Source: Eledone cirrhosa (taxonomy: Eukaryota). Taken from it: a stretch of 64,000 nt of DNA. The stretch is taken from positions 112,158,001 through 112,222,000 of the forward strand of contig OZ024744.1 of assembly GCA_964016885.1 (NCBI GenBank). The letters run 5' to 3'. The notes below the pieces were generated by a model. That model saw only the letters and a program-made list of their open reading frames with translations, searched no databases and was not told where the DNA came from. The translations under genes were made by a program, and so were the position numbers. Shown here piece by piece: positions 39,828-53,821 of the stretch (the first letter of the stretch is position 1; every line of letters begins with the position of its first letter).

Positions 39828-41332
39828 AATCATCATCATCATCATCATCATCTTCGTTTAACGTCCATCTTCCACGCTAGCATGGGTTAGACGGGAGTTG
39901 TCCCACTTGAGATAAGGTTGGTCGGGTGACCGTGTCTCGCTCATATAGGACTATCTGGCAGGTTTTCTACGGCTGGATGCCCTTCCTAACACCAACCACA
40001 TTTACAGTGTGGAACTGGGAACTTTTTACTGTGTTACCTACACGGCCACATTACAGCGTGGACTGTGTGTTTATTTTTTTTTCCTGAGACCTACACGAAC
40101 TCGATCTGATTTTCTCGTGTTGTTGGTGGGAGTGGGAGGATAGGGTAGGGTAGGGGTACTAGATTGGGGTGTATATTTGGTTAAGAGGTGCCTACTGACT
40201 GTAGGTTTCGTTTTCTACATAGGCAAGGCGGGTCTTCTGTATTACTGCGTAGCGCCAAAGATCTCGGTCCAGAGACATTGTTTTAGAGAGGTGTAAGTGT
40301 GTGAGGTCGGAATTTATCAGATCGTCCCAGGTTTTTCTGGGTCTACCTACTCCGTCTACCAACTGGGTCTACCAACTGGGTTTACCTACCATCAATTTTG
40401 ATCGCCCTGCACTTTTTTATGCAGCTCTCGTCTTTCATGCACATCACGTGACCATACCAACGTAGTCTTCTCTCAAGTAAACTGCATCTGATCCCTCTTA
40501 TTCCTAATTTCTCATTTAGTTCATTTATGCTTTGCCGTTCACGTATATTACTATTACACATCCAGCGGAGCATGCATGCTTCGTTCCTTTCCAGTCTACG
40601 CAGGTCCTCTGCACGTAATGCCCATGTCTCACTGCCATGTAGTATTGATGTTCGTATACAGGCATCATACAGTCTGCCTTTCATTTTTAGAGAGAAACCT
40701 TTTATGGCCAACAGCAGTATCAGCTCTCTGAACTTTTTCCATCCCGTTCTGACTCTAGCTACCGTACTTTCAGAACACCCACCACCACTGCTGATTTCGT
40801 CACCCAGGTAATGGAAAATGTCTACTATTTCTATAGAACCATCTGGGCAATAGAAGGGGCTAGTATCCTGTGGACACCTGCTACTTATTGCACCTGAGCA
40901 TTGGCCACATATAAAGTCTATGTTCTTAGATAGTTTACCTGTGATCCCACTACATCTTTTATGTACCCATAGTTTGTATTTCTACCTACTCCTTTCTTAC
41001 ACACTGAGCATGACCAATTCCCAGAGGGCACCTGTGCCCTATTTTCCTTTCTACAAACTAGAACTTTAGTCTTAGACAAGTTAACTTTAAGGCCTTTTGA
41101 TTCTAGGCCATGCTTCCATGTTTGGAATTTCTTCTCTAGTTCAGCCATTGATTCAGCTATGAGCATTAGATCATCTGTGTATAGGAGTTCCCATGGGCAG
41201 CCGGTCTTGAACTCCTCTGTTATAGCCTGAAGGGCAATAATAAATAAGAGGGGGCTAAGGAAAGAGCCTTGATGAACGCCAACATTTACATTAAATTTTT
41301 CACAATATTCATTGTTAATTCTAACCTTACTG
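39828..41332 (-). pseudogene. RTE LINE 3' half, degraded, with 3' UTR
   Basis: [36 protein letters not shown]; (CAT)n tail at 39828-39852. Confidence 0.9.
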
Positions 41333-41436
41333 ATACATATATATATATATATATATATGTACATACATATATATATATATATATAATTATACATACATAT
41401 ATATATACATACATACATACACACACATATACATAC

Positions 41437-41467
<31 letters not shown>

Positions 41468-41617
41468 CGTACATATACATACACACACATATACATATAT
41501 ATATATATATATATATACATGTACATACATATACATACATATATATATACATACGTACATATACATACACACATATATATATACATATATATATACATAT
41601 ACATACACACATATATA

Positions 41618-41838
41618 AAGGAACGATCGACTTTCGTCAAATCGGACCGAGGGAACAATGTTTCCGTTGGTCTTTCCAACTGCTAATACTATCTATCGGT
41701 CGCAACTCCAGGTAGAAGGAGCAACGTGAAATAAAGTGTCTTGCTCAAGGACATAACGCATCGCCTGGTCCAGGAATCGAACTCACAACCTTACGATTGC
41801 GAATACAATTCTCTAACCACTCAGCCACACGCCTTCAC
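41618..41838 (-). mobile_element. tRNA-derived SINE related to family 2
   Basis: Minus strand gtggctgagtggttag A-box, gagttcgattcc B-box, tccttgagcaagacactttatttcacg core. Confidence 0.8.
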
Positions 41839-41869
41839 AATATATATATATATATAGATATAGATATAT

Positions 41870-42298
41870 ATATAAGATCGAAAGATGGTTAAAAGAGTTC
41901 CATGTATTTTATTATGCGCATTTCAAAAACAAATATCATCATGCAATAACATTTGTGTTTTCATCAGATAAAATAGGAAGACATGATATGAAGGTTAAAA
42001 AACACTCGTGGATAGTGCAGTTTTAAATCAACATATCTTGATATGTTGATTTAAAACTGCACTATCCACAAGTGTTTTTTAACCTTCATATCATGTCTTC
42101 CTATTTTATCTGATGAAAACACAAATGTTATTGCATGATGATATTTGTTTTTGAAATGCGCATAATAAAATGCATGGAACTCTTTTAACCATCTTTTGAT
42201 CTTATATATTATGTATACTCCAGTCCTACAAACTGTAGAGTGCTTCTTATCCGATATCTGCATTGCTTTATTGTACTACAATAAAACTCACCTCCTAC
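41870..42298 (+). mobile_element. palindromic hammerhead element family E, copy 2
   Basis: Arms around centre 42038-42039; hammerheads at 42102-42172 (+) and 41905-41975 (-); 3' extension 42210-42298. Confidence 0.85.
42102..42172 (+). ncRNA. type I hammerhead motif
   Basis: tattttat-CTGATGA-stem II-GAAA-tgcgca-TA-ataaaatg. Confidence 0.82.
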
Positions 42299-42728
42299 AT
42301 ATATACATACATATATATATACATACATACATATATATATACATACATATATATATACATACATATATATATACATACATATATATATACATACATATAT
42401 ACATACATATATACATACATACATACATATATATATACATACATACATATATATATACATACATATATATATACATACATATATATATATACATACATAT
42501 ATATATACATACATACATATATATATACATATATATATACATACATATATATATACATACATATATATGTACATACATATATATACATATATATATACAT
42601 ACATACATATATATATATACATACATACATATATATATACATATATATATACATACATACATATATACATATATATATACATACATACATATATACATAT
42701 ACATATATATATACATATATATATATAC

Positions 42729-42761
<33 letters not shown>

Positions 42762-42815
42762 CATATATATATACATACATATATATATACATACATATAT
42801 ATATATACATACATA

Positions 42816-42847
<32 letters not shown>

Positions 42848-42953
42848 CATATATATATATACATACATATATATATACATACATATATACATACATACAT
42901 ATATATACATATATATACATATATATATTATACATACATATATACATAGAAAC

Positions 42954-43002
<49 letters not shown>

Positions 43003-43004
43003 AA

Positions 43005-43039
<35 letters not shown>

Positions 43040-43041
43040 AA

Positions 43042-43188
43042 ATGTCACACTCGTTCAGCGCATCGGTGGGGATTCTCCTACATTGATATAAAGTAGTGGC
43101 CGTACTCGAAAACGAGTTGGCAGCCACCATATATGTGTCTATGTATATATATATATATATGTATGTATGTATATATATATCTATAATA

Positions 43189-43223
<35 letters not shown>

Positions 43224-43600
43224 GATACATATATATATATGCATACATATACATAGATACATGTATATATACATACATACATATATATATATTCATAAAT
43301 ATATGGTGGCTGCCAACTCGTTTTCGAGTACGGCCACTACTTTATATCCATGTAGGAGAACCCCTACCGATGCGCTGAACGAATGTGACTTTTTAGTCCA
43401 GCCAGCGACTTGAAAACTCTGGTACAAACACTACACTTGTGACAATTATTGACACATAGTGCTGGGCCCATGGTACCATGTGACGACAAGTGCAGAGAGA
43501 TCTCCAGATATAAAGCAATGCCTGTGCCGTGAAGCTTTTATAGTGAGCAAAGGCACGGCACAAAGCCAGTCCCACTCTCTTAACCAAGATGATATTTACC
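43042..43600. mobile_element. two oppositely oriented 3' ends of the C2H2-finger LINE family around a TA tract
   Basis: 43042-43130 is the reverse complement of 43302-43390; homologous to 23124-23290. Confidence 0.7.
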
Positions 43601-43688
43601 AAAAATACATACATACATACATACACACATAGTCTAACCCATGCTATCGTGGAAGATGGACGTTAAACGAAGATGATGATGATGATAT

Positions 43689-43721
<33 letters not shown>

Positions 43722-43772
43722 AAAAAGAAAATTTTGAGCTACGTGGCTGAATACAATAATGGTAATCTGGGC

Positions 43773-43980
43773 TTTTCAAATATTAATAATAACATTCGAT
43801 TCGTTTGAAATTATGCAAACAAGCCTCAATTTTATAGCCATATCAGTAGAATGAACACTTCATTCTTGCTCTTGTGTTGGCATGCGAACAGAAGTGCAGA
43901 CATGGTTGTAAAATTGAGGCTTGTTTGTATAATTGCAAACGAATCAAATATTATTATTAATATTCGAAAAACTCTGATTA
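43773..43980. repeat. imperfect fold-back, about 80-bp arms, flanked by (TA)n
   Basis: aatattaataataacattcgattcgtttgaaattatgcaaacaagcctcaattt versus aaattgaggcttgtttgtataattgcaaacgaatcaaatattattattaatatt. Confidence 0.8.
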
Positions 43981-44016
43981 TATATATATATATATATAAT
44001 ATATATGTATATATAT

Positions 44017-44474
44017 AAAGGAACTGGCATAAATTCTATAAAATGCACACAATGCTGATCCTGGGTACACAAGAGATGTAGCGGGATAGCAGGCAAACTA
44101 ACAGGTAGGGAGAAATACGTATGCAGTAGATGTACAGGGAAATTAGACAGTAGAAGTCGCACTGATAGACACATTTTTCAATAGCGCTATAGAAGTGGTG
44201 GATAGCTTCCGGTACCTAGGAGATCAGATTAGCATGGGAGGAGGGTGTTCCGAGGCCATAGTATCTAGAATAAGGACGGGTTGGAAGAAGTTTAGGGAGC
44301 TGCTTCCTCTGTTGACGAAGAAGGGTTTCTCCCTGCGTACGAAAGGGCGGTTGTATGATGCCTGTGTGAGGAGCGCGATGCTGCATAGTAGTGAGACATG
44401 GGCAGCAACCGCAGAGGACATGCAACAGCTGGAGAGAAATGAGGCAAGTATGCTCCGTTGGATGTGCAGTGTAA

Positions 44475-44477
<3 letters not shown>
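44017..44477 (+). pseudogene. internal RTE fragment embedded in (TA)n
   Basis: Highly similar to 31105-31565, including the same frameshift. Confidence 0.92.
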
Positions 44478-44553
<76 letters not shown>

Positions 44554-44673
44554 TATCATACATATACACCATACATATATATATGTATATATATATATAT
44601 ACATATACATGTATACCATACATATATATGTATATATATATACATATACATATATACCATACATATATATGAT

Positions 44674-44704
<31 letters not shown>

Positions 44705-45066
44705 GTATATATATATACATATACATATATACCATACATATATATGTATGTATATATATATATACATACATACCATATATATATATATATATATACATAC
44801 ATATATACCATACATATATCATCATCATCATCATCGTTTAACGTCCGTGTTCCACGCTAGCATGGGGCTGGGAGGTTTTTACCGTGTTGCCTACACGGCC
44901 ACATTACAGCGTGGACTGTGTGTTTTTTTGTCGTGACACCTACACGACCTCATTTGTTTCGGCCTGGATGTTGTGGCACCAACATAACTTTACATTGAAA
45001 GGGGTGGTGTGGATGTGGTGGGGGTGGTGGGACGGGGGTGTATTTTGTTATACATATATACCATAC

Positions 45067-45098
<32 letters not shown>

Positions 45099-45786
45099 AC
45101 TAATTTTACACTCATACATGTCCACATGTACTACATACACGGTGTTGTTGGTGGTGTTGTAGTGGTGTTGGTTGTAGTAGTGGCGGTGATAGCTGCTGCT
45201 ACTCATGGTGGTAGTAGCGTGGGTGTTGTTTAGCCCCAGGTCAGTATTGGTCCAACAGACTTATGATCAAAGAAAGATGTTCTCCCTGCTGTGAAAACAT
45301 TCCATCTTTTGATTTCAGCCATCTGGGAATACATTACCTAACCTGTCCTTCTTTGGTTTTGTTGCTGCTTAGCCCCAGGTCAGCTGATCCAGTCGACCTT
45401 TGATCAAAGGATACTTTCTTCAGGCATTGTATAACTAGGACTAAATTATCTGATGTATCCCCTACACCCATTTCTTTAAAAAGGGTAAATTTGGGGGAGA
45501 TATGGCTAGTACTCCTATCATGTCAAGCAACCATATAGAGGTTCGCTCGTTTTTTTTGTTTTTTTTTTACTGTTAATACTGATAACTGTTTCTACTTTAG
45601 GCACAAGGCCAGCAATTACCCAGTGCATTACTGGTACTTTATTTTATCGACACCCGTAAGAATGAAAGGCATTGTTTTTGATAGAGATGATGGTAGTTGT
45701 GGAAATGGTGAAATTGTTGAGTACAGGAGTGTCTGTGGTAGAGTTGAAAATAGAGAACATACAAACTGGTGTATCTGTGTATATAT

Positions 45787-45856
<70 letters not shown>

Positions 45857-45867
45857 AACAAAAGATG

Positions 45868-45938
45868 TATTTTATTATGCGCATTTCAAAAACAAATATC
45901 ATCTTGCAATAATATTTGTGTTTTCATCAGATAAAACA
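45868..45938 (-). ncRNA. family E hammerhead in a truncated element
   Basis: Minus strand tgttttat-CTGATGA-...-GAAA-tgcgca-TA-ataaaata. Confidence 0.78.
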
Positions 45939-45949
45939 GGAGGACATAT

Positions 45950-45991
45950 TTACATAAATATTTAGCAAAATTTTCTAATCTCAGTAATATA

Positions 45992-46051
<60 letters not shown>

Positions 46052-46178
46052 TATATTACTGAGATTAGAAAATTTAGCTAAATATTTATATATCTTGTTT
46101 GATGACTCTGCGAGTGTGCTGGTGAAACTCCAGTGTAACAAGACAAGACAAGACTCACTACTTAGCCATAACAAATAT
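45950..46178 (+). mobile_element. fold-back element K with a degenerate hammerhead at 46093-46143
   Basis: Inverted arms 45953-45992 and 46050-46089 around (TA)n; tcttgt-TTGATGA-...-GAAA-ctccagtg-TA-acaaga. Confidence 0.6.
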
Positions 46179-46183
46179 ATATG

Positions 46184-46261
<78 letters not shown>

Positions 46262-46382
46262 TATGTATGATATATATATATATATATATAAACCCATGCA
46301 AGCGTGGAACACGGACGTTAAACGTTGGTCCAAACCCATGCAAGCGTGGAACACGGACGTTAAACGTTGATGATGATGATGA

Positions 46383-46417
<35 letters not shown>

Positions 46418-46427
46418 CAAATATATA

Positions 46428-47663
46428 CAGGGTGTGGACGATATTTGTTCGCAATTTTCAACTGCTAATTTTATGCAAATTTCTTTTACTTCCGTTGTCA
46501 CTCTTGCCTTCATAAAAACAGTGACTATATTTCCATTATTTATTTTCAGAATAATTGATTATGAATAAGTTTGTACCTACAAATTTGAGGAAGAGACACA
46601 TTCTTGGAATCCGCGCCGGGAGGACAAATAAGGAAATTTCAGACTTTCTCAGTGTCAGCAGGAGAATGGTGGAAAAGGTCAGAAAGGAATTGGAAGATTC
46701 AGGATTCGACTATGAAACAACATCAGGGAGGAAAACACATGATCGACGATCTGACGCCTTCAGAACGCCCGAGTTAGTCGCTGAAGTTCAGGATATCATC
46801 AACAATGAACTCCCATTGCAAGGGAGAAAGGCGTGGATGAAAAGCTCATTAGGCTGGTAGTACATGAAGACATTCGCTACGTTTCATACAAGATGAGGAA
46901 AGGACAATTCTGTCAAAGGCGATGCAAGAAAAGCGACTGAAGCACGCAAAGAAGCTGATCAACAAGTTGAAACACCCACTGGAGCCAGACATGCTGTGGT
47001 TTTTCTCCGACGAGAAAAACTTCTGCCAAGACCAGAAGATCAACTCCCACAACAACAGGTGGCTCGCTGTCTCATCCAAAGACGTGCCCAGAGTCATGCA
47101 GACAAAGTTTCCAGCGACAACATTGGTTTTAGGTGTCGTCGGCAGTCAAGGTGACGTCATGCCACTTCACTTCTTCCCTGAGGGCCTCAAGCTGAACACC
47201 GATGGCTACATCCGCGTTCTGAGCGAGGTAGTAAAGCCCTGGATCGACCAGGTAGCTGCAGGTAGGCCGTACGTGTGGCAGCAAGACAACTTCGTCGACC
47301 ACACTTCACCTGACATCTGGCCTCCCAGCTCGCCTGACTCCAACCCCCTCGACTTCTTTGTGTGGGGCGCAGTGGAACGAGACACCAACAGATCTAGCTG
47401 CAATACGAAAGACAATCTGAAGGCCAGGATCACAAGTGCCTTTAGGGGCCTAAGTCGGGGGACAATGATGAAGGCCAGTAGCCGGTTCCGAGGCCGCCTT
47501 GAGGCAGTCATCAAAGCCAATGGCGGGTTTATCGAGTGAGATCGAAAGAACAAGTCATGAAGACAAACTGACCCAAGTTTGATAAATAAATCTTAAAAAA
47601 TAAAACTACTGTGTTATTTTTTCCTAGACAGTAATCTTGTGAACAAATATCGTCCGCACCCCG
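46428..47663 (+). mobile_element. Tc1/mariner (DD37D/maT-like) DNA transposon relic
   Basis: TIRs cagggtgtggacgatatttgttcgcaa / ttgtgaacaaatatcgtccgcaccccg; TA on both sides. Confidence 0.92.
46560..47539 (+). pseudogene. DDD transposase, frameshifted and internally deleted
   Basis: HTH-like N-terminus; WFFSDEKNF, YVWQQD, WPPSSPDSNPLDFFVW; the spacer after QQD is shortened. Confidence 0.88.
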
Positions 47664-47737
47664 TATATATAATTGAAAAAGTGGAGAATAACATTGATTA
47701 CCTATAACAATATTTTGCTATCCTTTATATATATATA

Positions 47738-47935
47738 GGAAAAGACTCAGGACCCCGACAGCTGAGCTCCAGCCGTTTCGACAGCTAGATCTAAACTAAA
47801 TTTGGATCTAGCTGTTGAAACGGCTGGAGTTCAACCGTCGGGGTCCTGACTCTTCCTATTACCCACTCTACTACCCTAAGTATTGAGTACTCTGGTGCGT
47901 TATGGTCCACCTGGTATCTTACCAAAGGCTCTTTG

Positions 47936-47938
<3 letters not shown>
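47738..47938 (+). mobile_element. hairpin element family C, copy 3
   Basis: Palindrome 47738-47858 plus the same tail as 10650-10729; flanked by (TA)n. Confidence 0.8.
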
Positions 47939-47979
<41 letters not shown>

Positions 47980-48335
47980 TCATCATCATCATTTAATGTC
48001 CACTTTCCCTGCTAGCAAGGGTTAGCCAGGTCTTCACACACTGAGTCAGTGTCCTGAAGTGGTGCTACTGCCTACCAAGACAAGTCAGAGATTTACATAT
48101 CATGTACATATAGTTCCACGTTCAACAAAGTGCATTGTATCATAGCAGCAGCACTAGAGAGATTGTCTTTGATACAACTGGAGGATCCTCGCGATCCTTT
48201 GACAAACTTTTTACAGCTGGCTACTCTTTCTATAGCCAACCACCTGACAGAATGTACTGGCTGAATTTTCATGGCAGTGTTACTAGAGAGGTTGCTGGTC
48301 TTGGTCCCATCTGAAGAGCCCTCTCTTCTCTGTTG
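47980..48335 (-). mobile_element. degenerate bipartite non-autonomous RTE (5' UTR plus 3' end)
   Basis: Minus-strand 48200-48335 resembles LINE 5' UTR 28660-28780; 47980-48025 resembles the RTE tail. Confidence 0.55.
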
Positions 48336-48689
48336 GAGTTGGAAGTGATTGAGAAGAGAAGGGGATTATGGTTAGGGATTATGGTCGGGGGTGCATGGTT
48401 AGTGTGACATGATGAGTAGGAGGAAGGATGACCAATAGTATAGAGAGGGGAGGGCATGTAGTGGTCGGTAAAATCTATAAGTGGAGTTAGTGGTGATGAA
48501 TCAATAGCATGTGTGTGTGTGTGGGGGTGGGTGGGGGGTGTAGGTGGGGGGCTAGTGATGGCGAGAGTAGCTACTAGCGTGTAATAGTGAGGGTATCTAA
48601 GGCCTTCAGAAGGATGTGATACTGGAGGGAGCATGGGTGGGGAAGCATGCAGTGATGGTGAAGATAACTACTGGGGAGTGTTAATATAT

Positions 48690-49032
48690 ATCATCATCAT
48701 CATCATCATTATACGTCCACTTTTCCCTGCTTGCAAGGGTGGGATGGGAACTGATTCTGGCTTGATTTCTACAGTTGGATGCCCTTCCTAACACCAACCT
48801 CATTTACAGTGAGTGCTGGGTGCTCTTTTGCCATGGCACCTCCACGACCACTTTGCAGTGGAATGATATGGACCCCAGTCCCTATCATCTCATTTCTACA
48901 GCTGAGTAAACTGGAGCAATGTGAAATAAAGTGTCTTGCTCAAGGAAACAACACATCACCCGGTCTGAGAATTGAACTCACAACCTTTCGATTGCAAAGC
49001 CAATGCTCTAACCACTAAGCAATGTGCCTCCA
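48690..49032 (-). mobile_element. SINE family 2, full length
   Basis: Reverse complement of 19532-19870. Confidence 0.9.
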
Positions 49033-49447
49033 TATATATATATATCAAAGTTATAAGAGTAAATTCAATCAAAAGTCTTGAAGAAGTAAGTGTGTATTAG
49101 TTTACTAGTAAACCAACAACATGTCAGTAATAATAGCAATCTATATAGTAATATGAACAATATCATAAAAGATACCCAGCATAATCGCGACAACCCTCCT
49201 CATTATGGAAAACTCCACATCCTAAAAGGACTAGATATATTTCCTGGTATAATCCCTCATTCTCTCGTAGCATAGCTTCTAACATCACTAAAAAGTTTTT
49301 CAACTTTATATGTAATAACTTCGCACCAATTCATAAGTACTATAAGTTATTTAACAAAAATAATGTTAAAATTTCTTTTTCTACTACCCCTAACCTTGCA
49401 GACCATATCGCTTTTAGTAACTATAGGAAATTATATAAACATAATGA

Positions 49448-49800
49448 TTTCTTTATTAACCACAAGGGTTTACATAAAGTAGACATTAAGGACAGTGCAG
49501 GACAATACAGGACGGTACAAATGGGCATTTCTGCGTGTAAAGAACAAAAACAGAGGATGTAACAAAAAAATAACAATGAAAAAATTCCCCAATAGGGGGG
49601 AGACTTCGGAGGGACATTTGTGGAGAAAGCCCAGTAAAAGGCCACAGTGACCCTGACCACCAAGGCAAGTGCCCTCTCCCAGTTTTCCACCTTTAATTTA
49701 CAGATACGTACTCAGAGTAGGCCCATTCACTCGGGCCATTCTTGCTTCTCTCACCCATCTTTCAACAAAATGCTGGGAAGAGAGCACTTCCCTCTCTACC
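49448..49800 (-). pseudogene. Tx1-like LINE 3' end
   Basis: VEREVLSSQHFVERWVREARMARVNGPTLSTYL resembles MEREVLYPSKFYKRWVNVAKMARVVGPSLYISL (7042-7144); aataaa tail. Confidence 0.8.
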
Positions 49801-50557
49801 CATAATGCCTGTGATAGTGATACTCTGCCTGTATCAAATGACCCTTTAAATACTAATAGTTCTAACTTAAGTATTACTTCTGGTAACTCCTCTCTCACTA
49901 TAACTTCAACAGACACTCGAACTAGTTCTAACCACCTAATGTAGTAACTCTAATGTCTCTAACTTAAATTGTAATTGTTGAATTCCCAGTAACTGCCATC
50001 TTGACGGTCAATGTATATTCAATAACTTAATATATAGATGCACTGTGACTACCCAAAGTAGTACTAAAACATACATTGGTGACACTGCATATTTTATATA
50101 GTGTTAGAGTATATTCTTTATAGGGCAGTGATATAATTCTAATAAGTAGTTATATATCTAGGTCACTTTATATCTTGGGTCAACACTAAATCAGGTTCTT
50201 AATCACCCATATGTATAATTAGATTACAGAGGAGTTTGATCCCAAACTTAACTTTTCCTTTTGACTAAACATAACACACACATTAGGTAAGCCCTTGTCT
50301 ATTAATAAAATATTACAATATATCATAAGTTTAACTTGTTCATTAAATATGAACATATAGACAATGTTATTCAATATTCCTTATCTAACCCCTTATTTTC
50401 CTATTTATATGATTTCCTCATTAACTAACATTTCTGAATTGATCAAGTCATATTAATAATTATAAATGAATTGACATTATATTATCCTGTCACCTCACTA
50501 CTGATAAATGATTTACACCACCTGTGATAATAGTCACTTCTTACACTATTATTTAGT

Positions 50558-50742
50558 AGTGGATTGGCAGTATTGGTAGAGGATCGGACGCCATGCTTTC
50601 CAGCATAGTTACGTCCCTTTACGATCTGAGTTCAAATCCCGCCGAGGTTGACTTTGCCTTTCATCCTTACGGGGTCGATAAAATAAAGTACCAGTAATGC
50701 ACTGGGTGATTGCTGGCCTTGTGCCTAAAGTAGAAACAATTA
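50558..50742 (+). mobile_element. SINE family 1
   Basis: Family consensus; TSD-like ttatttagta. Confidence 0.9.
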
Positions 50743-51377
50743 TTTAGTAATAGCCTAATGTTATATAATTTATACTTTTTCTTATTATAATAAATAATTT
50801 ACATATATTAAAGCTCTTCTGTGTATTTAAACACATCCTAGGTAGGAGTCATTTCTCTTCCATTTGTTTACCTCCTGTTAAATATCCTTTAACTATGGCT
50901 GCATATGTATTTGTGACCAGAAATTTTTTGGGACCTTTCTCGTTCATTCCCACTATGGTTTCTTTTTGATAGAAATTACTGGTATGCTTTCCATGCTTGT
51001 TGCAATCGACCCCAAGTAACATATTTTTGAAATTTGTTTATGTTCCAAAGACAAGGTTCAGGTCACAATTTGCTCTTAATCATGTGTGTATCTGTTAATT
51101 GAAATATTGGTAGTAACTACATTTATAGATTGGATTTTGATCTCATCCTTAGAAACAATTCTTCAAGAATTTTGGTAAATTTTCTCTGATCATAACTTTG
51201 ATATTCACACCCTGCCTATATATTTAACGCTTGGCTTATACTTTGTTTTGCCCTCTCTAAACACTTGTCTTACATCCTATACACATTGAGCACACTGCCC
51301 TCCTTGTTACTGGCATTTAATTCTCGCAAACTAATCTCTACTCTCTCTTCTTGGATTGGATTGTACACATACATATG

Positions 51378-51471
<94 letters not shown>

Positions 51472-52139
51472 GTGGTGGACCATGGTATACGTTCAAACAA
51501 TTATTTGGTCATTGTTAATCATTTATCAATTTAATACCAAACCACATGAGACTACATCAGGTTCAACAATACTAAGCTGTTTATTTTTATATGTTTATAT
51601 ATATCTAAGAACCATCCACTATAGTTTTATGTAATAACCTTTGTTAAGTTATGTTCCAAACACCAGATTAATAATGAGAATGTTAGTTACATTACTAAAT
51701 CTGTCCAAATTGTTGATTAGTTTCAAAATTATTCGAACACCACAGACAGTGGTGGCTTTCATTAGAAATACATATGATTTTATGTAAAAGCCTTCATTAA
51801 GTTATGGTCCAAACACCAGATACCCCCACCCCACCCCACCCCACCCGCACCTCAAGCCTAGAAGCTCACCAGGCTGGTGCTTATCACTGTTTCCTCAGAA
51901 CTAAGCTACTGACAAAACAAGACTTGCTTCTGGACAAGATGTCAGGTTAAACACTCTGCTATACAGTTTTAGCTGGGTATACTAGTGCAACATGAAAGTG
52001 GCAGTTACTATAAAAATCAAATGTATGACATTATTATCATTAGTCCAACACCCTAATCACTCTGCCACATTCCTTGTCTAAAAACATCACATAACTAATA
52101 AGAAGGTTATAATACTAAATCTTTTCTTCTTCTTCAACC

Positions 52140-52770
52140 ACTTATTCCTTGAAGGAGTGGGGGGGGGAGAGGGGCGCAGAAGCAACCGTCTCCAATTCAG
52201 ACAAACCAAGCTCGTGGATGTTGTCCAAGTATATTGCTTGGGGTCTGCCCCTTGGCCTCCTGCCAGTTGGTTTTGCCCATAAAATATCCAGTAATTCTTT
52301 CCTGAGACATTCTAACTGCATATCCATAATATTGGAGCTGTGATCTCTCAATTCAGAGAAGTAGTGGCTCCACCTAGAGTGACTCTCTGACCTCCGACTA
52401 TGCACACTATCGAGTAACCTTACTCCAAAGACCCATCGGAGGAATCCCATTTCAGCCACTTGTATTCATGATTATATTCTTTCGGTCATTACCCAAGATT
52501 CATGACCATAGGTAAGGGTTAGCATGAATACTGAATTGGAGAGAGAGCGAGTTGGGTTTCTTCACTTACCTCCCTTCCGAGTACTGAATGCTGAAGCTGA
52601 TGCAATACTGCACCAGCTTTTGCAATTCTTGCACTTAATTCAGCCTCCTGCATTCTTGAACTCTTGAACCTTTGAACACAGCCCTGAGATACTTGAACTT
52701 CTCTACCTGATTCAGTGCAACTCCATTCATATGTAGAGTGCATTGTACAGGCTTCCTTGAGAAGATGAAA
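52140..52770 (-). pseudogene. old RTE-like LINE 3' fragment (different subfamily)
   Basis: AEMGFLR, AELSARIAKAG and KPTGRRPRGRP remnants. Confidence 0.6.
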
Positions 52771-53634
52771 GTCTTAGGAGCAATGAGATTGCTTAAAGTC
52801 AAGAAATCCTACAAAACTGGATGCTTTAGCTTAACCTACAGAATAAAATTCGAAGCACTGGATGAGGTATGCAAATAGTATTGCATCCAAATTCAGCGAA
52901 CTCCCTAAATCTCTGTGATTAAAAGTAAAACAACAAAAGGGCTTCCTATACCCTAACCACTAGGTCATGTCCCTTTACAAAAACCAGATTAATAATGAGA
53001 AAGATATGTATATTAATAAATCTCTTCAAATTCTTCATTAGTTTCAAAATTATTTGAAAACAAATCATAGGTGGTGTCTGTTGTTAAAAATATGGGTTAA
53101 AACTGTCTTCGATTCCACAAAATATTTGAGGGTCTCCACTCTTATAGTCTATATGAAAATCACGTCACCATGAACTTCAAGGGAAAAAAAAATGAAAAGT
53201 GTTGCTACTACCACACCCAAACTACTGTCAAAAAACAGCCAAAACCTCTACCCCTATTTTTACTTCAGTTGTTTTTCACACTACATTTGTAACAATTCTC
53301 AATATACAAGAGTAGGTCAGAAGAAGGAGAGATGTGTTATCGTTTGTAACAGCAGGCAATATAATTCACACAAAAGAATTTCATGGATGAATGAATCCAT
53401 CAGTTGGTTACATTAGTTGTTGTTGTTAAGTATCTATTGCTTCAGTAAGTAACTAAGTCATTAGAACATTGGAAAGAATGTTATGCAGTATTTATTCCAG
53501 GTCTCTGTGTTCTGAGTTCAAATCTTGGTTACAGTTAATTTGATAGTAAATCTCCCACAACTATAGCTTTTCTTGACAATAAAAACAACATGGGTTCCTT
53601 AAAAATCTTCAAATGAGTTTTTTCAAGAACAAAA

Positions 53635-53821
53635 GTGGATTGGCAGTATCGGTAGAGGGTCGGACGCCATGCTTTGCAGCATAGAGTTACGGCCCTTGCC
53701 ATTCTGAGTTCAAATCCCGCCGAGGTTAACTTTGCCTTTCATCCTTATGGGGTCGATAAAATAAAGTACCAGTAATACACTGGGTAATTGCTGGCCTTGT
53801 GCCAAAAGTAGAAACAATTAT
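53635..53821 (+). mobile_element. SINE family 1
   Basis: Family consensus. Confidence 0.9.

Noticed and set aside
52842-52866. Possible 25-nt micro-exon (ctacag|...GAG|gtatgc)
   Set aside because: Splice-like signals only; no partner exons or recognisable peptide. Needs RNA-seq.
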